This document shows positions 1 through 13,778 of a stretch of DNA of 35,065 bases, piece by piece. Source of the stretch: Octopus bimaculoides. Taxonomy: Eukaryota. The notes beneath the pieces were generated by a model. That model was not told where the DNA came from and ran no database searches. It worked only from the letters and a program-made list of their open reading frames with translations. Position 1 is the first letter of the stretch; each line of letters opens with the position of its first letter. The stretch lies in the NCBI RefSeq assembly GCF_001194135.2, contig NC_068982.1, positions 73,926,568 through 73,961,632 of the forward strand, read 5' to 3'. The translations under genes and the position numbers were made by a program.

Positions 1-23
1 AGCATTTTGTCCAGCTTGCCACT

Positions 24-170
<147 letters not shown>

Positions 171-605
171 ATTATTGTATACAGTGGTCACATGTACTAT
201 ATATATGTGTGCATGCGCGTGAGGTTGTGTGTATAATGTGCGCTTGTGAGGGTGTGTTTATGATATTTGAAGATTTGGCTGCTGTTACTAGCATGTTGAT
301 GCCATGTAGAGGCTCCTTTATTGGCTTGCATGGATATCTTGGTGCTGGGTGTGAAGTAGAAACGGTATGTTTTGGTGAGTGTTATTATAAATAATAGTAA
401 ATTAGTATACATGGTCCCTTTTGAGATATATATTTGTGTGGAGCATGCACCAAGTGTACTTGTAAGGTGCATTTGTTTCAGGGCAGATATTAATCTGCTT
501 GGCCTGACAAGAAGTTATCCCGTTTGTTTATATAAGATTGAAGTATTTAGTTTTAGCTAAACTATTTTTATCTCACTAATTCTCTCCCACCTCCGTCTAT
601 CAATC

Positions 606-1429
606 AATGCACATATGCACATATATACATGTGTATGTGTGTCGGTGCATATATATGTATGTGTATATATATATACACACATGCACATCTGTTTACTTGT
701 CTATATACATGTATTCATACATATATATCATCATATGTATATACACACACAGACATATACATGCATGTATGTATGTATGTATATATTGTGTTTTTGTGCA
801 CATATATGTGTGTGTGTATGTATATATATGTATATAATCTTTTTTTACTTGTTTCAGTCATTAGACTGCGGCCATGCTGGGGCATATTCTGTGTGTGTAT
901 GTATATACTCATTGTTATTCTGCCAGTGATTTTCTCTGATTACATCACTCCCCCTCCTCCTCTCTCTCTGATTTCATCTTTTCCTTTCATTCTAGTTATG
1001 CCCCTCCCTCTTTCTCTCTCTCTCTCCATCTAATTATATCCCTCCCCCCCTCTCTGATATCATTACTGCCTTTTTCGCTCTGATTACATCTTCTCCCCAC
1101 TTCATTATATCCCTCTCATTACTTCCCTACTCTGATTACGCCTTTCTGCCCTCTCTGTGATCTTCTTTCCTACCTCTCCTTCTTTGTCCTTGTCTTTCTC
1201 TCTTTGTCTTTCTTTCTCTGTCTCTCTTCCTCTCTCTCTGTCACCTCTAATTCTCTACTCCCCTCTCTTCTTTTCCTGCATCTCTAACTATTTGAGCTTG
1301 GAAGTCCTGAAGTGTTTGGAATGCTGTCTTGAACAAGATGCCTGCAAGTAAATACACACACACATACATACACACACACGCACACGCACGCACACGCACG
1401 CACACACACACACGCACACACACACACAC
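606..1429. repeat. Low-complexity block: TA/TG-rich, CT-rich, then (CA/CG)n
   Basis: Directly visible; ends at gap 1430-2369. Confidence 0.9.
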
Positions 1430-2639
1430 NNNNNNNNNNNNNNNNNNNNNNNNNNNNNNNNNNNNNNNNNNNNNNNNNNNNNNNNNNNNNNNNNNNNNNN
1501 NNNNNNNNNNNNNNNNNNNNNNNNNNNNNNNNNNNNNNNNNNNNNNNNNNNNNNNNNNNNNNNNNNNNNNNNNNNNNNNNNNNNNNNNNNNNNNNNNNNN
1601 NNNNNNNNNNNNNNNNNNNNNNNNNNNNNNNNNNNNNNNNNNNNNNNNNNNNNNNNNNNNNNNNNNNNNNNNNNNNNNNNNNNNNNNNNNNNNNNNNNNN
1701 NNNNNNNNNNNNNNNNNNNNNNNNNNNNNNNNNNNNNNNNNNNNNNNNNNNNNNNNNNNNNNNNNNNNNNNNNNNNNNNNNNNNNNNNNNNNNNNNNNNN
1801 NNNNNNNNNNNNNNNNNNNNNNNNNNNNNNNNNNNNNNNNNNNNNNNNNNNNNNNNNNNNNNNNNNNNNNNNNNNNNNNNNNNNNNNNNNNNNNNNNNNN
1901 NNNNNNNNNNNNNNNNNNNNNNNNNNNNNNNNNNNNNNNNNNNNNNNNNNNNNNNNNNNNNNNNNNNNNNNNNNNNNNNNNNNNNNNNNNNNNNNNNNNN
2001 NNNNNNNNNNNNNNNNNNNNNNNNNNNNNNNNNNNNNNNNNNNNNNNNNNNNNNNNNNNNNNNNNNNNNNNNNNNNNNNNNNNNNNNNNNNNNNNNNNNN
2101 NNNNNNNNNNNNNNNNNNNNNNNNNNNNNNNNNNNNNNNNNNNNNNNNNNNNNNNNNNNNNNNNNNNNNNNNNNNNNNNNNNNNNNNNNNNNNNNNNNNN
2201 NNNNNNNNNNNNNNNNNNNNNNNNNNNNNNNNNNNNNNNNNNNNNNNNNNNNNNNNNNNNNNNNNNNNNNNNNNNNNNNNNNNNNNNNNNNNNNNNNNNN
2301 NNNNNNNNNNNNNNNNNNNNNNNNNNNNNNNNNNNNNNNNNNNNNNNNNNNNNNNNNNNNNNNNNNNNNACTCCTACGCCTATGGTATTTTTTTTTTTGT
2401 TTTTATTTTAATGCCTCTCCTCTCCCCAAAAAGATGAAAGGTAAAGTTGACCTTGGTGAAATTTGAACTCAGAACCTGAAGAATGGGAGGAAATACTAGC
2501 AAAAGCATTTGTTCTGGTGCTCTACAGTGTGTGTGTGTAGTGTAGTGTCATTTTTATCAACTGTTAAATTCTGGGGATTTGGAGGTGGTGTTTGTGGTGG
2601 GGTAATTCCCATTTTTTTTTTTTTGTTTGTTCTTCATCA

Positions 2640-2875
2640 CCATTCGTCTTTATCTTTTATTTTTACTTGTCTCAGTCGTTGGACTATGACTATATTAGAG
2701 CATCACCTTGAAGGGTTTAGTCAAACAAATCAACCCCAGTACTTATTTCATAAACCTGGTACTTATTCTATTGGTCTCTTTTGCCAAATAGCTAAGTTAC
2801 AGGGATGTAACTAACCAATGCTGGTTTCTAAGCAGTGGGTGTGGGGGACAAACACAAAGACATGCACAAACGCGT

Positions 2876-2910
<35 letters not shown>

Positions 2911-3025
2911 CACACACACATGTGAGGGCTTCTACATAGTTTCCGTCTATCAAATTAACTCACATTTTTGGTTGACCAAATGCTATTGTAGTAGACACTT
3001 GCCTAAAATGCCATATAGTGGGACA
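2640..3025 (-). mobile_element. Degenerate SINE family A
   Basis: Tail, internal (CA)n and tagtagacacttgcc segment on the minus strand. Confidence 0.6.
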
Positions 3026-3598
3026 CATGGGTCTATTTGTAATAATTCTTTCTAATTTTGGCTCAAGGCCAGCCCAGAAATTTTGAGGGGAGGGGCAAGT
3101 TGATTACATTGACCTCAGCATTTGACAAGTACCTTTATTTTCTTTCTTTTTTTTAGAACGGAATTGTTTTGGTGTGGCATTGTATGATATTAAATNNNNN
3201 NNNNNNNNNNNNNNNNNNNNNNNNNNNNNNNNNNNNNNNNNNNNNNNNNNNNNNNNNNNNNNNNNNNNNNNNNNNNNNNNNNNNNNNNNNNNNNNNNNNN
3301 NNNNNNNNNNNNNNNNNNNNNNNNNNNNNNNNNNNNNNNNNNNNNNNNNNNNNNNNNNNNNNNNNNNNNNNNNNNNNNNNNNNNNNNNNNNNNNNNNNNN
3401 NNNNNNNNNNNNNNNNNNNNNNNNNNNNNNNNNNNNNNNNNNNNNNNNNNNNNNNNNNNNNNNNNNNNNNNNNNNNNNNNNNNNNNNNNNNNNNNNNNNN
3501 NNNNNNNNNNNNNNNNNNNNNNNNNNNNNNNNNNNNNNNNNNNNNNNNNNNNNNNNNNNNNNNNNNNNNNNNNNNNNNNNNNNNNNNNNNNNNNNNNN

Positions 3599-3833
3599 AT
3601 GGCGAGCTGGTAGAATTGTTAGCATGCTGGGCAAACTGCTTAGTAGTATTTTATCTGCCATTACATTCTGAGTTCAAATTCCGCCAAGGTTGACTTTGCC
3701 TTTCATTCTTTTGGGGTTGATTAAATAAGTACCAGTTATGCACTGGGGGTCAATGTAATCGACTTAATACTTTTGTCTGTCCTTGTTTGTCTCCTCTATG
3801 TTTAGCCTCCTCTGAGCAATAAACAAACGAATA
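3599..3833 (+). mobile_element. tRNA-headed SINE family B
   Basis: ggcgagctggtagaattg (A-box-like), ctgagttcaaatt (B-box-like), aagtaccagtt...ggggtcaat. Degenerate copies near 2420-2520, 7420-7520, 8210-8420, 9630-9735 and 17560-17720. Confidence 0.75.
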
Positions 3834-4752
3834 ATATTCTCTTGTTCTAAGTAATGTTAAGTTTGTCTGTAGTGATGTGGAAATCATCCTTTCAGCCCAG
3901 GTGTGCTGTGTGTATATGTATGTTTTATGGCTGTGAAGACGCACTGAAATGGTGATGGTGGTAGTGGCAGTGGCTGCTGCTGCTACTGTTGTTTTCATGT
4001 ATCTTTACTTGGTGCAATTGTAAGTTGTACTATTTACTTCATCACTCATTTTAAATCTAGGCCAAGTACCTTCTGCTTACTTTGACTTCCTTTCGCTTCA
4101 TTTTTGCCTCTTGAAACTTTATTTTTGTTTTTCTGATTAATTATTGGGTTTTTTTCGGGATGTTGAAATTATTCTCCTAACTGACATGACTGGTTAAAAC
4201 TATGCATCATTTTTCATGCAGAGTACAATATAGTTTTGCATGGATTATCACCATCATTATCATCATTGTTTTACCATTCCCTTTTCCATGTTTTCATGGA
4301 TCAGACAGATTTTATTGACGCAGATTTTTCTGTAGTTAGATGGATGCTCTTCCTGTCACCAACCCTCACCTGTTCCATATCAGGTAATATTTTCTCATGA
4401 CCAGATATGTTTTTCATGGAAGACTGGAAACGAACAACATTGCTTGTATGACAGTGATGCTCATTTACAACTCTCATGTGATGTCAAGGCAAGGCAGCAC
4501 AAACACACATGCACACAATGGGCTTCTTTCAGTTTCTATCTAATAAATCCACTCACAGGGCTTTGGTCAGTCCTGGAGCTATAGTAGAAGACACTTGCCC
4601 AAGGTACCAGACAATGGGACTGAACCCAGAACCAAGTGGTTGCAAAGGACAGGTAGGCTGCTTGGTTTCCCTCCCTTCTAATATTTACTCATCTTTTACC
4701 TGTTTTTCCAACTTGCAAATATCTACATTATTGTCCTTTTGTTGCGATAATG

Positions 4753-5210
4753 CTGTGTAACAAATTTTTTATGTTCTTTTTTTATCTTTGATCTGTAAGT
4801 GTTATTTCTTGTTTGCTTTTATCTAGAACTCAAGGGAAATGACTACTATTCCATTCAAACTTTGCTTTTGTGTTTTGAAACTGACCTATTTTCAATTACA
4901 TTTCAGACAGATTCAGTGCTCAGTTGCTGCTTATAGCAAATATTCCGCTCAATACCACAGATTTGCCTGTCAGTTGCTTGACCTTAACTACTTGAGCATG
5001 TTTCTTAGTGGCTGACAATATGTGCATCTCTGATCATGAGCTCAAGTAATGGGGGAGTATCCTAGCCATGTCGAGAAGGATTCTTTGGGGTTTGAATAAA
5101 TGTAACAAAAGCAAAGTTTGAAGGAAATATTAGCCATTTTTCATGGTTTCTAGGGAGAAGCAAATAGGAAATAACAGTTGCTACCCAAGGACAAAAATTG
5201 CATTACACAG
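4753..5210. mobile_element. ~460-bp MITE-like element with ~100-bp imperfect TIRs (copy 1)
   Basis: Ends tgtaac...tgttatttc.tgtttgctt...caaactttgcttttgt and its reverse complement; a second copy lies at 31408-31879. Confidence 0.75.
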
Positions 5211-8200
5211 TGTAATTGTCTTCCTACTAATGTCTGTTTCTCTTTGTTAACTACTTCACCCCTTTATTTATTCTTCACTGTAACTTTGTCACCCTCTCAC
5301 TACTCCTCAATCAATATATTCAGCACCCTCAGAACACATTTAAACTCTCTCACCCCCACCCCACCCCACCCCAGTGAAGGGTCCTGCCCCAAAAGCTTAG
5401 ATTTTTTTTTCCCTTCTCATTGCAGTAATACAATTCATTCCACTTTGCAATCTATTTGTATTAGGGTCTTGCAAGTTATGAGGCACCCTCACAGGTGCTG
5501 GTGCCATGTAAAAAAAGCACCTACAACACTATATATTCTGTGAAGTGACTGACATTAATATGGGTATCTTGTTAAAGAAACCATGTGAAGTAGACATTGG
5601 TGCATGATGCAGTCTCCTGACTTGTCATACCTTGTCAAACCATTCAACCCATTCCAGCATGAAAGCTGGGCATTTCATTATGATAATAATTGCTAGTTTC
5701 CTTCAATTCTCCTTCAGTTCTATATTGCTCCTAGTTTTTTTTTTGTTTTTTTTTTTGTAAGATATCAGAAGGGAGATTTGGCTGCTATTTCTGGAAAGTC
5801 AAGCAATCTAGTTGGTTCACTTATAGAATATATGGTTTGGTTAGAAAGCCTTAATACATGATTCACATCCTAGCCATCTCTATTCCCAGGGAAAAAATAG
5901 GGATAATTAGTTCTATCTCATCAAGGACTGTTCAACCCCTCTTGCATTAGTACCATGTAAAAAGCGCCCAGTACACTTTGTAAAGTGGTTGGTGTTAGAA
6001 AGGGCATCCTGCTGTTGAAACCATGCCAAATGACTAATGTGAGTACCAGACTACGAGAACAGTTGTTCCCAGTAGGAAATGGCTCAGACTGTGATGATTC
6101 GTCGACCTATGGGAAGCAGACATAAAATGATGATGACGATGACAATTATGTTGCTGCTGATGACGACGACATCGATGATGCCACTACCATTGCTAACTAT
6201 GACTCTGTAATCCCAAAAAAGGATGAAGTATAAACCGGAGACTTCGATTATGGAATACTTCTTGATTCAGAATTAAGATGTCGATTATTTGGAATTCTTT
6301 GTTGGCATCAGTAGGACAAATGTCAATAAAAGACATGTATGGAGAGCTGCATTTTTGTCTTACATTCAATAGTATGCAGTCATAAGACTACCTGTAAGGA
6401 CTATCCAATATTTCATTAGTTCTCTATTGATCTCAACACTGAAAAATAGAAATCAATTTTGATTAGAGAACACCAAGCATTCTGGCAAAGATTTTGCACC
6501 ATTCACAGTATTTATCTCTATCCATTCTGCCACTCTCCTTTCACACTCTTATGAACTTACCTACCCATTCACCTTGTCCATTCCTCTTCATCACTTTTTA
6601 TGCTCATCAGAATATGTCCTGACATCCCTTCACCATCTTCTCCTTTTTTCCAACTGGGGAAGTTGTGTATCTCCTCTACTGCAAGACATCTGTTTATGTC
6701 CCCCTATCATACTTTAACTTTTTCATTACTTGCCGCAAAGCCCCCTCCTTCAATTCTACATTCCAAGGGGTCTTGTCTTGTAAGTTACTTCATTATCTCA
6801 CTAATGCTGGTGCCACATAAAAAGCATCCAGTACACTCTGGGAAATGGTTGGCATTAGGAAAGGCATCCAGCCATAACAACTATGCCAAAGCAGATACTG
6901 GAGCTGCATGCTGTTTTCTGACTCGTTGACTCCTGTTGAACCATGTAAGTCATGCCAGGATGGAAAACAGGCATTAAATGGTGATGATAAGGATGGTGAT
7001 TTTGGTGTTATTCTTCTTGATATTTATTTCTAATTTCCTTCTCATTAAGGACTGGCCAATACTTACACTTAAACAGGGCATAATTTTTGAAACTACATGT
7101 ATCTGGGGCTCTCAAACTGGGATAAACAAGAGAAATTATGAGGATAAGTGAGGTTTGTAGAAACACTGGATTTTTGAAGTAATCGCAACCAATTAACTGT
7201 AACTCATGTGTCTCGAAAATCTGTGAAGAGTCATTTGGCTATTCCCATGCATTTATTATTGTTGTGAACAGGATTTTTCACCAGTTAATAACCAAGAACA
7301 AATTTTGTGTCCAGCTGGGGTTACCTCTGAAACTTTGCCTAGGACTGAGTTACTTGTTAGAAAGAACCTGGCTGATCTCATTAAAAATGAAACTTTAAAT
7401 TAAATTAAATTAATTTCTAATACAGGACCCAAGGCCAGAAATTTTGGGGAGGGAACAGTCAGTTATATTCAGCCTAGAACTTCACTGGTTTTTTAACCTT
7501 GAAAGGACAAGCTGTAAAAGCTGATCCCAGCAGAATTTGAATTATTATAAATTAAATAAACACAGTTGTGACTGTGTAGTTAAGAAGTTTGCTTCCCAAC
7601 CATGTGATCTCAGGTTCAGTCCCACTGTACAGCTCTGTAGGTAAATGCCTTCTACTATAGCCATGTTTAGCTTCATTCCTCTCTATTCTGAGTTCAAATC
7701 TCACTGGAATCATCTTCACTTTCTGTTCATCCAAAGTTAATAAAATAAATATTGATTTATTTTGTCTACCACCATCACCACCACCTTTTTATTTTTTCCA
7801 GAGTGAGCATTCTATCCAATAGACCTTGACTGATAACAATAAACAAAATCCATTATTATGAAAAATATGTTTATTTTTAAAATGGCAGCTGTTGTATAAA
7901 AGAAAGCTATGGAGAATAACAGGAGTTTTTACTTAATGCAAGCCAAGTTTGACTTTGTTGTTTCAACTAACTTTCATTGGTACAAAATTACAATAGAGAC
8001 AGTGAGGAAGAGACCAGGTGGGGGAGTATATATCAAATATTGGCTGACTTTAAAGCTGACTGGTGGTCCAGCACATAAAGAACAGGTTTTCATTGTAAAT
8101 ACTAGAGGTAGATGATACCCATTTACACAGCTGCTGCTTACATCTCTTGCTGTTACAGTGATCTTTAATGCCCTTAGATTTATATTCTGAACATTGCTAT

Positions 8201-8711
8201 CATCATGGTGGTGGAGTGTTGATAGCAGAATTGGTAGAGAGCCAGAGAAAAATATCTTGTGATGTTTGGTTGTTCCTTCTGTCTTCTGAGTTCAAATCCT
8301 TATACAGAACCACTTTGCCTTTTATCTTTCTGAGATTGATGAAACAAGTACCAGTTGAAGAAATACATACTGGATATGATCTAATCAACTGTACCTTAGA
8401 AGGTGGTGCTCCAGCATGACCACTGTACTATGATTGAGCCTGTAAAAGAATAAATAATCTCGGTTTTTAAATTGCTCTGTGTGTGTGTAAAATATTGGAC
8501 TACAGGCTCACACATCATGCATTTATATCTTCTACAAATATTTCATTAAATATCAGAACACGACTCAAACTTTTTAAATTCTACATTGTTTGAAAATAGC
8601 AACGAAACCTTCTGGTAATGTTGTTCACATAAGATTCAAACATCATGCATTCAAAATTCTAAATCATGAGTTAAGTTTGGGGAGAAATATATCTGATGTG
8701 ATTGGTTGTTG

Positions 8712-9356
8712 CTTAATCGTTCCGATTTCATCCTGCCCAAGACTGCCCTTGGTTCTAAAATACAAATTTCCTGTTTTAAAGTGATCTAAGTTAAAACCTT
8801 CCATCAAAATTTCATGTTAATTTTTGTTCCAAATATAGGCGCAGGAGTGGCTGTGTGGTAAGTAGCTTGACTACCAACCACATGGTTCTGGGTTCAGTCC
8901 CACTGCGTGGCACCTTGGGCAAGTGTCTTCTACTATAGCCTCGGGCCGACCAAAGCCTTGTCAGTGGATTTGGTAGACGGAAACTGAAAGAAGCCTGTCG
9001 TATATATGTATATATATATATGTATGTGTGTGTATATGTTTGTGTGTCTGTGTTTGTCCCCCCAACATCACTTGACAACCGATGCTGGTGTGTTTACGTC
9101 CTCGTAACTTAGCGGTTTGGCAAAAAAAAAAGATAGAATAAGTACTAGGCATCCAAAGAATAAGTCCTGGGGTCGATTTGCTCGACTAAAGGTGGTGCTC
9201 CAGCATGGCCACAGTCAAATGACTGAAACAAGTAAAAGAGTAAATACCAGTTTAATCATGACAAAGTTATTCTACTAAATTATTCATTCATTTTGAGAAT
9301 TAATTAAAGCAAAGGCAGTGTATTTCAACAGAAATGTGATAAATAAAAGGGTTAAA
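8712..9356 (-). mobile_element. piggyBac-like MITE family G, split by a SINE insertion
   Basis: Ends in aaagggttaa; the two halves flank SINE 8838-9243. Related copies at 9356-9515, 11165-11330 and 33555-33830. Confidence 0.6.
8838..9243 (+). mobile_element. tRNA-headed SINE family A, full-length
   Basis: Head ggcgcaggagtggctgtgtggtaag...GGTTCAGTCC (B-box-like), accttgggcaagtg CORE-like motif, internal TA/TG microsatellite, 3' gactgaaacaagtaaaagag. Many copies in the window. Confidence 0.85.
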
Positions 9357-10851
9357 GTGATCTAAATTAAAATTTCCCATCGAAATTTTATGTTAATTTA
9401 TAGTCTAAACATCAGTTTAAAAATGAAAGTTATTTTACTGAATTCTTTAATATTTTCAAAATAAACTGAAACAAAGATTGTGTATTTCAAGAAATATGGG
9501 AACAAAGATGTCTTAATATATGTTATTAAAAAGGCCATTGAGTTCATGACAGTATTTCATTTTAAATAAAATGTCATGTATTTCTAGAAAATTAAATCTC
9601 ATAGTAATATTGGTTTCAAATTATGGTACAAGGCCAGCAGTTTCAGGACAGGGTTCTAATTGATTTTATCAATCCCAGTTAGTACCTATTTCATCTTCAA
9701 AAAGATGAAAGGCAAAGTCAACATCAGTGGAATTTATTAATTATTAGAAATTGTTGAGTTGTAACAGCTGTAGGCTAAAGGTGTTGGCTGATCTTTTGAC
9801 TCATTACATTGTGTTGTATTTGTAACAACATAACACAAAACCTGACACTGAGCTGCTCCAACCACAAAAGCTGAATATAGGTACTGTTAGGTACTATTTG
9901 TTCAGCTGTCATGGTTGAGTGGTTTTTGTGCTACACTGTAATAACATCTTTGACTTTTTTGTCTAATTTTTGTTTTATAGTTACAGTGCTATGTAGGGTG
10001 GAATAGCTCCTAGGCTGTGCTGACATTCAAATTAGCAGTTAAATGAAACATCAATAGTTTTCTTTATCTTTCCTAAATGAGAACCTTTTCTGAAAGCTTT
10101 GTTGTGAGGTTTTGTCTTGGTGAGATTTCTTTTAAAATGAAAATCTGTAAAGTTTTTAAAATTTTGGGGAGTTTTTTTTTTTTTTTTTTTTTCTTAATCC
10201 TCTCTCATTCTACCAGGTGCATCCATTGGTCTGAAGTTAGTAAAATTAGGAAGTGATAATACTGTCTTCATGCAGCTGGTGCTTTTCAATTAAAAAACAA
10301 AAATATTATCAATTAATTACTCTTGTGGTTTGAACCAGTGCATTTACAGTTAAAATGTATATCAAGAATGGTGAATATGAAATTTTTGCCACATGTTATA
10401 TAATAGAAACTTCATGTTTTTAAAGTGATATGTTTAAATCTTCATTCAAAATTCCACATTAATTAATGTTCTAAACATCAGATTNNNNNNNNNNNNNNNN
10501 NNNNNNNNNNNNNNNNNNNNNNNNNNNNNNNNNNNNNNNNNNNNNNNNNNNNNNNNNNNNNNNNNNNNNNNNNNNNNNNNNNNNNNNNNNNNNNNNNNNN
10601 NNNNNNNNNNNNNNNNNNNNNNNNNNNNNNNNNNNNNNNNNNNNNNNNNNNNNNNNNNNNNNNNNNNNNNNNNNNNNNNNNNNNNNNNNNNNNNNNNNNN
10701 NNNNNNNNNNNNNNNNNNNNNNNNNNNNNNNNNNNNNNNNNNNNNNNNNNNNNNNNNNNNNNNNNNNNNNNNNNNNNNNNNNNNNNNNNNNNNNNNNNNN
10801 NNNNNNNNNNNNNNNNNNNNNNNNNNNNNNNNNNNNNNNNNNNNNNNNNNN

Positions 10852-11149
10852 GTGTTTATTGAACGAAAACACCTAAAGCTCCACGAGGCTCTGGCAGGGG
10901 ATGGTGGCGAACCCTGCTGTACTCTTTCACCACAACTTTCTCTCACTCTTACTTCCTGTTTCTGTTGTGCCTGTGATTCAAAGGGTCAGCCTTGTCACAC
11001 TGTGTCACGCTGAATATCCCCGAGAACTACGTTAAGGGTACACATGTCTGTGGAGTGCTCAGCCACTTGCACGTTAATTTCACGAGCAGGCTGTTTCGTT
11101 GATCAGATCAACTGGAACCCTCAACGTCGTAAGCAACGGAGTGCCAACA
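10852..11149 (-). mobile_element. Young repeat family D (class uncertain)
   Basis: Near-identical reverse complement of 25183-25484. Confidence 0.8.
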
Positions 11150-12248
11150 ACAATATTAACTTTATTATATTAACACTTTTGCTATCATATTTCTGTTGAA
11201 ATACACTGCTTTTGTTTCTATTAATTTTGAAAATACTGAAGAGTGTAGTAAAATAGCTTTGTCATTATTAAGCTGCTATTTAAAGCATGAACTGAATGCA
11301 TTTTATTGTGTCATTAACACGAAAAGAGGTTATCTTCAACAAGAGTAAGGAGCTTCTATTAGTAATTTTTATTCAATTATAGTTCTAGACAGGCTGCGTT
11401 GTGAAGTCCATGTCTATAAATTCACTGCTTTCCCCCTGCTATTTTTTGTATAGTTTTTATAGCTAGCTGCCCTCCTTATCACCTGTTACTTTGTAGCATG
11501 GACTAAGTGCATTTTATTATTCCAATGGTAACAGTTAGATGCACTTTGTCCTATATCAATAATTTTTAATCAGAGTTTGTTTGTACTTTATCAGTTATTT
11601 TTTTTAATCATAAGCAGCTTGCAATAATACTGACTATCAGAGATTTGTACTTAGTGACTCTGTTGTGTAACAGTGATAATTTTATAAAACAATTTATCTC
11701 GTAGAAATCCTCTGCTGCATACTTAAGTAGATGATTTTGCAACCATGTAGTTTTTGGTTTGGTCCCCCAGTGTAGCACCTTGACCAAGTGTCTTCTACTA
11801 TAGACTGAAGCTGTTCAGAGCCTTGTGAGTGAATATGGTAGACAGAAGCTGAAAAAAAAAAAAAAAAAGCCCATTTGGATATGTATCATGATCGTTTAAT
11901 ATTTGGTTACCATACTCACTTGAGTTGGATGGACTAATTGGACTGCATCAAGTGCCAATGTTAGCTCTGGCATGGTTTGTTCAGGGGATATCCTTCCTAA
12001 TTCCAACAAGTTTACAGAATGCATTGGATCTTCTTTTGTGATTTTATACACACACACATCTTTGTTTTTTAATTGTTTCATTCATTAGACTGTGGCCATG
12101 TGGGGGCACTGTGTTGAAGAATTTTTAGTTGAATGAATTGACCTTCAATACCCTTTTTTCGTTTTAAGCCTGGTACTTATTCTATCGATCTCCTTTTGCC
12201 AAACCTCTAAGTTACAGAGATATAAACACTTCAACACCAGGAGTAAAG

Positions 12249-12686
12249 ATTTTTGCCAACATAACATAGCAGTCCTGGTTTAGGATGAATGTTGCTGTAA
12301 TTTAGCCCCAGGAGACATCGTCTCCAGCTGGCTATATGACACGATCTATGTCCTTATATTTTCAAACAAGGGAATCTAGCACCCCCACTCAGTTCAAAAC
12401 AATATCTGTGTATCACGATTTCCGGGTTATTTCCCTTCATCAGCACAGCATAATTGTTCGGCTAGAGGTAGCACTGCCAAATTCCCGTTCGAAATATATA
12501 GTTTTCAAAGTGACAACTAGTCACTGATTTATAAATTAGAAAATTACTATTTTTAAATCTCACATCGAGAGATATTCAGCAACAGTACTTTGGAATAAAA
12601 ATTTTTGCCAACATAACATGGCAGCTGGAGACGATGTCTCCTGGGGCGAAATTACAGCAACATTCGTCCTAAACCAGGACTGCCAT
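12249..12686. mobile_element. Rearranged TIR element related to the 20356 foldback
   Basis: ~62-bp near-perfect inverted repeat (gcagtcctggtttaggatgaatgttgctgtaatttagccccaggagacatcgtctccagctg). Each arm is preceded by the direct repeat atttttgccaacataacat. Confidence 0.7.
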
Positions 12687-13542
12687 GGGACTGAACCCAG
12701 AACCTTCTGGTTGGGAAGCAAACTTTCTGCTACAGTCAAGCCTGAAATCTATCTATCTGTCTGTCTGTCTGTAATATTTATCCCCACTTAAAAGGTTACA
12801 TTGTATTAGAACACAGAATACTGTGTTGTTTACCATGAGAGAACCTCTCATATGGACTTGTGGTGCATATATAAGCACTCATGCTTATATTGCTAGCAGG
12901 TGATAATTGTCTGCTACCACCATCAGAACTACCAGATCATGTGATTTCAGCCTTTCTTGGCCTTGTCAATGGTAGATGTCTGCAGCTAGAGATAGCAGCA
13001 ATTTATCCAACAATGTATGTAGAATCTCTGTGCCTATTCAGACACTGTTGTTACAAATAGACTTATTAAAATAAATATTACCTTTTGGTATTAATACTGC
13101 TTCCGTCACTACTAATTTTATATACATATATATAATCATCATCATCATCATCATCATTTAATGTCTGCTTTCCATGTTGGCATGGGTTAGACATTTTGAC
13201 TGGAATTGGTAAGCTGGAGAGCTGCACTAGGTTCCAGTCTGATTTAGCATGGTTTCTACTGCTGGACGCCCTTCCTAACACTAACAACTCTGAGAGTGTA
13301 ATGGGTACTTTTTATATGCCACTGGCACACGTGCCATTTACATGACACCAGCAACGGCCACAACTATGATTTCACAGGTGCCAATTACATGACACTGGCA
13401 ATGACTATGACTATGGTTTCACTTGGCTTGAATACAAGGTAAGAATAGCATATCACCAAAGGTCTTGGTCACTTGTCATCGTCTCCATGAGGCCCAACAT
13501 TTGAAGATCATTTTGAGAATCATGCTACTGGAAAATCTCTAT

Positions 13543-13743
13543 TCTCTTTACTCTTTTACTTGTTTCAGTCATTTGACTGTGGCCATGCTGGAGCACCGCC
13601 TTTAGTCGAGCAAATCGACCCCAGGACTTATTCTTTGTAAGCCTAGTACTTATTCTATCTGTCTCTTTTTGCCGAACTGCTAAGTTACGGGGACGTAAAC
13701 ATACCAGCATCGGTTGTCAAGTGATGTTGGGGGACAAACACAG

Positions 13744-13778
<35 letters not shown>

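Noticed and set aside
197-1429. Several 60-134 aa ORFs rich in Y/I/C/V/H/T
   Set aside because: Translations of TA/TG/CA/CT simple repeats.
6392-7125. Possible minus-strand micro-exons (about 7071-7120 and 6392-6438) with fair splice signals
   Set aside because: Very short, no recognisable homology, and joining them hits a stop quickly.
8838-8905. SINE heads as tRNA genes
   Set aside because: Only A/B-box-like remnants; no convincing cloverleaf, and they continue into the repeat body.
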